The translations under genes and the position numbers were made by a program. Below the pieces are notes generated by a model. That model was not told where the DNA came from, did not search any database, and saw nothing but the letters and a program-made list of their open reading frames with translations. This document shows, piece after piece, positions 39,850 through 64,000 of a stretch of 64,000 nucleotides of DNA (position 1 is its first letter; every line of letters begins with the position of its first letter). The stretch is from the NCBI RefSeq assembly GCF_009914755.1, contig NC_060947.1; one strand, 5' to 3'. The stretch is from the human T2T-CHM13v2.0 reference genome, Homo sapiens.

Positions 39850-40830
39850 TATTATCAAACATTATTATTGTTGTTATTAAATATTAAATAATTATTATTA
39901 AATATTAACTAAATACTTAATTTATATTTAATATTATTATATTATATTTATTGTTTATTATATATTATATTATAAAAATATCAAGTGGTGTTAAATTACA
40001 TATTAATTAAATTTAATTTATATTTAATTAATATTTAATCAATATTTCTATTGATTTATATTTCTATTTTATATTGCACATATTGCAATATGCATATAGA
40101 TGCATATCTATTGCATAGATGTATATGCATAGCTATATATGCATATAAAAATATATGGATATATGCAAATATATGGATATATAGATATATGCATGTCTAT
40201 ATTTTAATTAAATATTTAATTATTAATATTAAATATTATTAAATACTTAATTATTAATATTAAATATTATTAAATACTTAATTATTAATATTAAATATTA
40301 CTGGATATTTAATTATTAATATTAAATATTACTGGATATTTAATTATTAATATTAAATATTACTGGATATTTAATTATTAATATTAAATATTACTGGATA
40401 TTTAATTATTAATATTAAATATTACTGGATATTTAATTATTAATATTAAATATTACTGGATATTTAATTATTAATATTAAATATTACTGGATGTTTAAGT
40501 ATTAATATTAAATAAATATTAACATTTATTATTAGATATTAATTAAACATTTAATTTATATTTAGTTAATATTTAATCAATATTTCTATTTATTTATATT
40601 CTACTTTATATTGCATACATTGCAATATGCATATATAGCTATGCATATATATCTATGCAATAGATATGCATCTATATGCATATACAAATATATGGATATA
40701 TGCAAATATATGGATATATAGATATATGAATGTTTATATTTTAATTAAATATTTAATTAATATCTAATAATAATCACGAATATTTAATATTAATAATCAA
40801 ATACTAATTATTAAATATTTAATTACAATA
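39850..40830. repeat. AT-rich block: ~220-bp direct repeats flanking a 31-bp minisatellite
   Basis: ctggatatttaattattaatattaaatatta about 7 times (40301-40510) plus variants; duplicated flanks at about 40010-40225 and 40545-40760. Confidence 0.9.
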
Positions 40831-41178
40831 TAAACAGATGCATATATATTCAATGTTGTTCAACATTTTCCGCACCCTCACCACTTTCACAGCCGATCCA
40901 GTCATATGTTTTGATGTCAGGGGACCCCTCCCCCCAGTATCCCTCTCTCTCATTGCTAAGTGCCCACACCAAGGTGACCCGGGGACCCCCACTTTCACAG
41001 GCCTGGATTGTGACGGAGTCTGAAGCATTCGCCGTTGGTGGGGCACGCTCAGGTGATCAGCGGGACGTGAGTGTGGATGGTGGGACAGCCAGGAGACAGA
41101 CGATGTCTCCTGTAATACAGCATGAGCACAGGAGAAAAGAAAAAAAAGAAAGGAAAGAAAGAAAAGAAAGAAAGATCA

Positions 41179-42010
<832 letters not shown>

Positions 42011-42401
42011 TTAGGATGATCCCCATGAAATTGTCAAAACCAGCCGCCTTCTAAATATCTGACTGTGGCTGTCAGAAAACAGACTTCAGAGAAGAATACA
42101 AATCATTGTATCCAGCCATAATAATGGAGTTCAAAGCTGAGAGGCTATGAAAAATTCATTGTGTGTCTACTTGAAACGAGGGATGTAAATTATGCCACTT
42201 TGTCTATATTTGTACAATATGTTCTCGTTGGCAAATACGGGATCTGATCATTGTTTCGTTAAATACCTGACAATTCTGTAACAGTTGCAAAGACGGGTGC
42301 TTAAATCAGCGTTTCCCACTCTAGGACGGCAAGAAAACAAAAATAAAGAAATACAACAGGGTCAGAAAGAATGAGAGCCGGGGGAACCTTTATCTAAATC
42401 A

Positions 42402-45138
<2,737 letters not shown>

Positions 45139-45505
45139 TAACAGCACCATTGCACAGCTCATGAGCGCTACAGAAAACACATGTTAAATGTTTTCCACCA
45201 AATTTTGGCTTTTTATTGCGGTTGAAAATAAACAAGTACCAGAAAATCAGATCTTTTTGTAAAATGTTAAACACACATTATGGGTAATGTACACGCCTGT
45301 GGCTTCCTGTACGGCCACAGGGTAATTGAATTTGATTCGAGTTCATTTACTCCTGCCAAATCAAGCCCCACCGAACAGGTGTTAGATGTTGTTAGAGATT
45401 CAGCTTTGAAATGTCCATTTCTCTCTTCCTTTCAACTTCTGGATGTGCTGAACTGGGGAAAATCCTGTGAGTATAATTTACATGTTCCTGCTGCCTTCCA
45501 CGCTA

Positions 45506-46955
<1,450 letters not shown>

Positions 46956-46974
46956 TGAGAACAAATTTTTGCAT

Positions 46975-49935
<2,961 letters not shown>

Positions 49936-49989
49936 TAGCAGTATGCTCTGTTTTTCTAGGAAAATTTGGAGATGAAAAAAATATGTTCA

Positions 49990-51693
<1,704 letters not shown>

Positions 51694-52526
51694 AAAAAAA
51701 TCACCCGAACTCTTTTTAACGTTTGGAAAGAAGTCCCTGGTTGTGTTCCATCTGTTGGAGGCACCATGATGGAATGGGAACCATCTGTGCTAAATGCACC
51801 CGTCTTCATCTTTCACAACAAATCCGTCTGGCCTCTTGCTGTGCTCGTGAGCTCTCTGCAGAGAAAGCTTGTTCATCCCGGCTCTTTTCTACTCAGCTCA
51901 CATTCAGGATCCTGCAGACCTGGGATAATCTCTTCTGGAGGAGGGTCTTTTCCAAATCTTTGATCTCCCTGTTTTATTTATCTGTCCTGATCCAACACGT
52001 GGGGCCCCCCATTCGTGCATGAGCCTGGGGACTGCTTTCCCGAGAGGCCTCCACCGCCGAGTCTGAAGCGGTCGTCTAATCCTCAGGCAAAAGAACTTCC
52101 CGCTTTTATAAGCAGGAAAAACTGCACCCCGGGTTCTAATACCGCGATCTGTGTCTTTTCCGAGGCTGACTTGGTGAGGATATTACTCAGCCTAATAACC
52201 ATGTCAATATTAGGTCAATAATATCCCGCACCTGTGATAACTTCGGCCTGCCAGGCAGAAATTTGCCGTGGTGATCAAAAGACATTCTCCCAAGGCAAAC
52301 ATTGGAAATTAATGTTTTAAAAACCGGTTCTGATGCCAGAAGGAAAGGCTGTTTTAGAAAGACAACCAGCGTTCTAGGGGGGAAAGATGGTCCCCGGTGA
52401 AATGCACGGATTACCCACGACAAATACGGAATTGGATGTTGCCAGTAAATGAAGAGAGCTGTTTGGAAAAGGCTGGTGAAGAGGAAGGTTTTCTGTACAA
52501 AGAGAAGCGACTCACACGTTTAAGAG

Positions 52527-53325
52527 TTTATGCAGCCAAAAAACACATGAAAAAATGCTCATCATCACTGGCCATCAGAGAAATGCAAATCAAAATCACA
52601 ATGAGACACCATCTCACACCAGTTAGAATGGCGATCATTAAAAAGTCAGGAAACAACAGGTGCTGGAGAGGATGTGGAGAAATAGGAACACTTTTACAGT
52701 GTTGGTGGGACTGTAAACTAGTTCAACCATTGTGGAAGTCAGTGTGGCAATTCCTCAGGGATCTAGAACTAGAAATACCATTTGACCCAGCCATCCCATT
52801 ACTGGGTATATACCAAAATGACTATAAATCATGCTGCTATAAACACACATGCGCACGTATGTTTATTGTGGCACTATTCACAATAGCAAAGATTTGGAAC
52901 CAACCCAAATGTCCAACAATGATAGACTGGATTGAGAAAATGTGGCACACATATACCGTGGAATACTATGCAGCCATAAAAAATGATGAGTTCATGTCCT
53001 TTGTAGGGACATGGATGAAACTGGAAACCATCATTCTCAGCAAACTATTACAAGGAGAAAAAACCAAATAATGCATGTTCTCACTCACAGGTGGGAGTTG
53101 AACAATGAGAACACATGGACACAGGAAGGGGAACATCACACACCGGGGACTGTTGTGGGGTGGGGGGAGGGGGGAGGGAGAGCATTAGGAGATATACCTA
53201 ATGTTAAATGACGAGTTCATGGGTGCAGCAAACCAGCATGGCACATGTATACATATGTAACAAGCCTGCATGTTGTGCACATGTACCCTGAAACTTAAAG
53301 TATAATAATAATAAAATTTAAAAAA
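52527..53325 (+). mobile_element. 5'-truncated young L1PA (ORF2 C-terminus, 3'UTR, A tail), TSD aagagttt
   Basis: Translation [17 protein letters not shown]...[27 protein letters not shown] is the ORF2p Cys-rich end; TSD at 52522 and 53326. Confidence 0.96.
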
Positions 53326-53555
53326 AAGAGTTTGCAAGGGTGAAAGTTGAAGGGTGTAGAGAAAAACAAAGATTGGGAAGCTGTGTGTCCTGGAGACGTG
53401 CTGTGTGTCCTGGAGACGTGCTGTGTGTGCCAGGCTTGGCTGATTTCTTTGAATTAGGTGGAATTCCTCTCTTTTCTTGCCAAACATCTGCTAAAGGATC
53501 TTCTCTCTGTATCATGTTTGCTGTCATGCAGCTGTATAGAAAATGCATTTCGCAA

Positions 53556-54355
<800 letters not shown>

Positions 54356-54514
54356 ATCCCCCTTTTCAACTTTTTTCCTTTGTACTTCACTACTGAATTC
54401 TAAAATGGGAACTGGTTTCGTGGTTTCCTTCCTGTGGTGAAAGGCATACAGAAAAAGAAGTCACCGTTTCAGACAACTCCGGCTCAGGAACAAAGATGTT
54501 TTATGTGTGTTTTA

Positions 54515-55340
<826 letters not shown>

Positions 55341-55355
55341 TGGCTTGTGTCATAG

Positions 55356-56330
<975 letters not shown>

Positions 56331-58165
56331 TAAATTTGCTTTTTACAGGGGATGCCTTTGCAAAGGTAGCCTGAAGCTACATCAGGGCTCTTGTACATGA
56401 GCTGGTCACATGAGAGTCTGCCTAAAAGTAGAAGAAGGAAAAAAAAAATCGCAGTCCTCCAAAGGCTATGATAACCAAGGGAAGTCATCCCAAGACGTGT
56501 GAGTGGCTGGATTCTCTATATCCATCCAGGAGAGAGGATTGGGGGTCACTGGGAGCAAGGTTTATCGTGAGACAACTTGAGATGTCTTCCTGCGGGCACG
56601 AAAAGGACCAAAACACTCTGCAATAGGATTGCTTGGGGCAGAAAGGTCTTCAGCTGACCACATGCTTTCTGAGCACCTGGCTTTACGCAGAACCCTGTCC
56701 GGGAAATGCTGGGTGAAGAGAACACGCTGTCCAGTGGGCTTGGGAGGGCCTCATCTTGTGCCGGCTTCAGCCAATTGGAAAAAAATAAAAGATGAGCCGA
56801 TTATGTAAGGCCTGACATGGTACTGAGGGCTCTCTGAGCATAAATTAACTTCCCCACACAGCCCGCCTGTGAGGTAGGTAGGAAGGTGGGCGGTAAACGT
56901 GTGTGCCAATTTTCATCTGGACCTCAGAGACCCATGGTAGTTCAGCAAAGGCCACACAGTGAGCTGGGTGGAGGGAACGTAGAAACTCTCAGGCATCCGC
57001 CAGGCCCCGTCCCATACTTTGGCAGGGAGGTTTTTATTAAAATGATTAAGGACCGAGGTGGTGATCCCGGGAAAAGTTGTTGAAAAATGAAAGTTTGGGC
57101 CTCTGAGTTAATGGTTTAATTATGCGTCTCAGGATTTGCAAAGAGCACAGTCATCTTATGTGTGGGGCGGATTCTGACTTCCCGTCCAGCCTTTCATTTC
57201 TAGAGACAATCGGCCAATTTATACTTAGGGGAAAATGAAGGACGAGCTGAAAGAATGGCAGAAAGTCCATCTTCCAAGCTCTTCCTGGAAATACAGAAAA
57301 GAAAGGAGCGTCCTCAAAAAACACCAGCCCACACGTTGACGTCGGCACCTCCTGCAAGATGAGCCGGGCACATTTATTAAGCAGCCGTTTGGCTGGAAAA
57401 AATGGCCAATGCAACTGGGTCTGAATTTCTCTCCTGGGTGTCCAAGGATCAAGGCAGGTAATGAGGTTGGCAGAATTATGAATCGCAATCAAATTTTTTC
57501 TATGACCTGATAGAAACGCCAACTCACTGTATGAGTCTGTTGTCAAAGTCTAACTTCCAAAACGCAAAGCACGCTCCCGATCATAAACGCAGAGATGGCA
57601 GTATTGAAGAATTGTCCCCCCAGCTCCAGCCCCGGATTTCTCTAGAGGGGCTAATGGAGGCCACGACATTTGTGGCATAAAAAGGTTTGCGATGAACAGT
57701 CTTGCCTGGGGTGCAGGAAGGTGAGGAGCTGTGTGTGGCTTTTGCGTTTTCCTTCACGATGGAATGCGAGTCTTTGACGCCGGCTAGATCCACGTTTTAT
57801 GAGGCGGAATTTTTAATATTGAAAGTCAGAAAGGGCTAGATGGTCTTTGGAGTCCCAGTGGGTGAAGTCGAAGTAAAGGAATGTGGTCATTAAAAAAAAA
57901 AAAAAAACAAACTTGATTTTTCTTACCCAGAGGTTGGTACACGGTGAGTCTAATTTTCTCAAAGGAAATCTGAAATCAGACCAATTTGGAGTGTCGTTAG
58001 CTGGGATCTACCTCCAATGGGCCCACATCACCAACCCTCATGTCGGGCACCGAATTTCCGTCACTATTCTGCAGGATGAGCTCTCGCCAGGAATACCTCC
58101 ACCAACCCAATGTCTGACTCAAAACTTTGCAAACTAGGAAAGACCCAAAGAAATTATGAAATCAG

Positions 58166-59520
<1,355 letters not shown>

Positions 59521-60564
59521 TCAGAGACTCCCTGGCAGATCTCAGGGTATGACTCCCCCAGGGTCGCCATAGCTGACTGCATTAGCACGGCCCTGTGATC
59601 ACCGGATGAATGGTCTTGGTGGGACAGGTGGCTGCCGTGATCAAACGGCGTGTCCGCCGGTGCTGACAGGTGAGGTGCGGAGTTGCCCACATGGCCCGCC
59701 TGGGCCTGGTCCACCAGCAGCAGGGAAGGAGGAGCAGAGCCCAGCTCGGTGCATTTGGAGGCGGTTACCAGGGAAACCAGAGGACAAGCTCAGACGCTTG
59801 GGGACGGCCTCTCCACCCAGGCACGTGGAGCTTCATATTAATCGGCAGCCGGGCACGGGCTGGCAGCCCCTTACCCAGACAGATACACACAGAAGTGGAG
59901 CTCCCAGTGATGGCTCGTCACGGCTGATATCTGCCCCAGTGGTCATGTTGAACCGGGACGTCATCTCTGTAGGAAAAGGGGGACGGATGTCTGTCTGGAC
60001 ACGGTCCAAGGTACATCGCTGTCTGATCTTTCCGAAAAGTCAGCGTTCGTGGCTTGAGCTGGACGCTTTGAAAGGCGAGGGCGTCGGAAGCTTCATCTCA
60101 GGGAGCTGTCATGTGGTATTAGCTTGTAGCACCACCAACCTGCCCTGCCCAGACTGACTTCTCCAGGGCGGGTTTTCCAGGAGGAAGCGCAGGGTGACTC
60201 TGTTTCCCCAGCGGCTTCCAAGCACTCCTGGGGACCTCTGTTTGTGAGAAGGACAACATCTGTGTCTGTCTGATGGGCTTGGTGGGATACTCTGATGCAT
60301 GCACCTGCCGCCGGAGCTCTCTCTGCAAACGTTCTGTGCTGACTTAGGGGAGGCAAAGACACAGAGTTGGAGATCAAGGCTGGTTTGTTCTTCAGCCTTT
60401 TGACTCTTCATCTGCGGCATCATTGCATCTGTTTGAATATTTTTCAAAAAGTTTATCGAAAACACAGCTGCACTCCGACGAAGATCCCCACACTATTCAC
60501 AATGGGAAACATATATAATCGACCGACGTGTGTTTCATTTGCTTTTCCCTGATGATTATTGATT

Positions 60565-61105
60565 GTCTTAGTCCGTTTTCATGCTGCTAATAAAGATACA
60601 ACCGAGGCTGGGGACGGTGGCTCACGCCTGTCGTCCCAGCACTTTAGGAGGCTGAGGTGGGTGGATCACCTGAGGTCAGGAGTTTGAGACCATCCTGGCC
60701 AACATGGTGAAACTGTCTCTACTAAAAATACAAAAATTAGCTGAGCGTAGTAGCAGACGCCTGTAATCCCAGCACTTTGGGAGGCCGAGGCACGCAGATC
60801 ACCTGAGGTCAGGAGTTTGAGACCAGCCTGGCCAACATGGTAAAACCCGTCTCTACTGAAAATATAAAACTTAGCCGGGCTTGGTGGTGCGGGCCTGTAA
60901 TCCCAGCTACTCAGGAGGCTGAGGCAGGAGAATCGCTTGAACCCGGGAGGCGGAGCTTGCGGTGAGCCAAGATCACGACACTGCACTCCAGCCTGGGCGA
61001 CTGAGCGAGACTCCATCTCAAAAATAAAAGAAAAAAAGAGACATACCCAAGAGTGGGTAATTTATAAAAAAGAAAGAAAAAGAGGTTGAATGGACTCACG
61101 GTTCC
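60565..61105. mobile_element. Antisense THE1/MST LTR fragment interrupted by a plus Alu with a duplicated left arm (60606-61035)
   Basis: ttagtccgttttcatgctgctaataaagata...gggtaatttataaaaaagaa...aatggactcacggttcc. Confidence 0.82.
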
Positions 61106-61145
61106 TTCCCAAAAGCTCACTGTACAAACACAAAGTGGGGAATAG

Positions 61146-62030
<885 letters not shown>

Positions 62031-62031
62031 A

Positions 62032-62715
<684 letters not shown>

Positions 62716-62959
62716 GTTTCTTTTCCTTCTTAATGGGCATGTAAAATTGTTCTGCAACACTCCTGGCTCTTCTGTGGAAGTGTGATGTCCACGAGAAGGA
62801 ATTTAGGGAGAGCAAGCTTGCTTCTGCAGTCCCCGGGAAAGGCAGGTCTGCATGGCTAGCGGGGTCAAGCTCTCGTAGGAAGGAAAGAATGCTCCAAGAC
62901 ATGCTCTGAACCCAGGAAGAACGCAAGCTTCGGCTCCGAAGCGTTCCGAGGAGGCCAAG

Positions 62960-63240
62960 CTGCCTCTAATCACCCCGAATTATCCGTAAGGGGAGGCGTC
63001 GGGGAGCTGGTAATCCGTGGGGATGGAAGCTAATTACTTAATCACTCGCATTTGTAAATCACATTATTGGAAAAGAAATTACTCTGGTGATCGAATTACA
63101 GATATTTATCTGCTAATAGCCCTGATTAACTGGCGATGTTAATCTGTCATTTTGAAAGCTAATATTAACAGCATCAATCTCGCCGAGAAAATAAACAGTT
63201 TACGGGAAATAAAACCGGGTGTAATGGAAAGCACCGTGTG
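62960..63240. promoter_or_regulatory. Candidate developmental enhancer core (homeodomain motif cluster)
   Basis: Non-repetitive, with TAATCA 62967, TAATCC 63011, TAATTA 63031, TAATCA 63039, TGATTAA 63123, TTAATC-TGTCA 63139, TAATATTA 63160 and TTTACGG 63199. Function is not shown by sequence alone. Confidence 0.4.
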
Positions 63241-63769
63241 TCGGAGTCCCCACATCTAGAGTGTGCTGCTGAGTGCAGTGGCCAAGGTCCCCGTTAGCCC
63301 TTTATGGAAAATACCCTCTGGCTGGGAACGGTTCGGACGAGGCTGACTCTAACGGGCTCAGAGAAGCTGAGGAGAAACACCTGGGGAAAATGCATTTTGA
63401 GAAAAATCCCAAAGGTTCTAGACACGGGTCCCCCAGGGAACGCCCTGCACGTGTATTTATGCAGAGTTCACTCTCGATAAAAAGGATCCCCTGGAATTCC
63501 AAGCAAGGAAGGATTGAGCTATCCAGCAGACACCCGGTGGGTGCATTTTACGTCCCCTTTAGCCAAATCGATGATCTCAGAGTGAGACTCAGAGTGAGAC
63601 TCCGGCTCAAAGAAAAAAAAAAAAAAATTACCAAATAGTGTCAAAACCATAGCTATGTCTTTTCTCAGACAACAATTTGATAATGCTTCTTTTTGGAAAA
63701 TTAGCAAGATTTGAGGATGGGGTTTGGATTTGCTCAAGAACAGTATGATGGCAGGATCTGGACCTTTAG

Positions 63770-63872
63770 CAAAACCCCCCTCTACTAAAAATTATAAAAA
63801 TTAGCCAGGCGTGGTGGTGGGTGCCTGTAATTCCAGCTACTAGGGAGGCTGAGGCAGGAGAATCGCTTGAAT
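63770..63872 (+). mobile_element. Alu internal fragment
   Basis: ctctactaaaaattataaaaattagccaggcgtgg...gaatcgcttgaa. Confidence 0.88.
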
Positions 63873-64000
63873 GAGAGTCGATTGGCTGTAAATGTAAAGG
63901 AATCTGCCACAATCTGAAAGCCGTGGGCTGAACGGTGTCTCTCCTGGAAAGCGTGTTGCAATCCAGACTCCAGTGAACGTAACTTGATTTGCAACAGGGT

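Noticed and set aside
52397-53071. 224-aa ORF with real protein homology
   Set aside because: It is the C-terminal fragment of L1 ORF2p in a 5'-truncated element, not a host gene; the endonuclease and RT domains are absent.

Overview
Human/great-ape non-coding genomic DNA with very dense repeats: about 70 Alu elements or fragments, plus L1, ERV/MaLR LTRs, MER20, microsatellites and several large VNTRs. No intact protein-coding gene, RNA gene or CRISPR array is supported, and nearly every long ORF in the track is an Alu, L1 or simple-repeat artefact. The one gene-derived feature is a rearranged, Alu-interrupted processed RPL14 pseudogene on the minus strand (about 36220-37922). With the TE-derived minisatellites and a recurrent GTCATCCC Alu variant, this suggests (inference) the X/Y pseudoautosomal region PAR1, in the gene desert between SHOX and CRLF2 (RPL14P5). 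Points worth follow-up: (i) a 49-bp array inside an ERV1 LTR that multiplies a perfect YY1 site, (ii) one A>C change shared by about 30 Alus that converts a TAATCC site into a TGACAG (MEIS/TGIF) site, (iii) homeodomain-motif-dense unique islands that are candidate long-range enhancers, and (iv) many fossil rearrangements. I found no convincing previously undescribed biological system. Repeat subfamily names come from recall of consensus sequences and boundaries are approximate.
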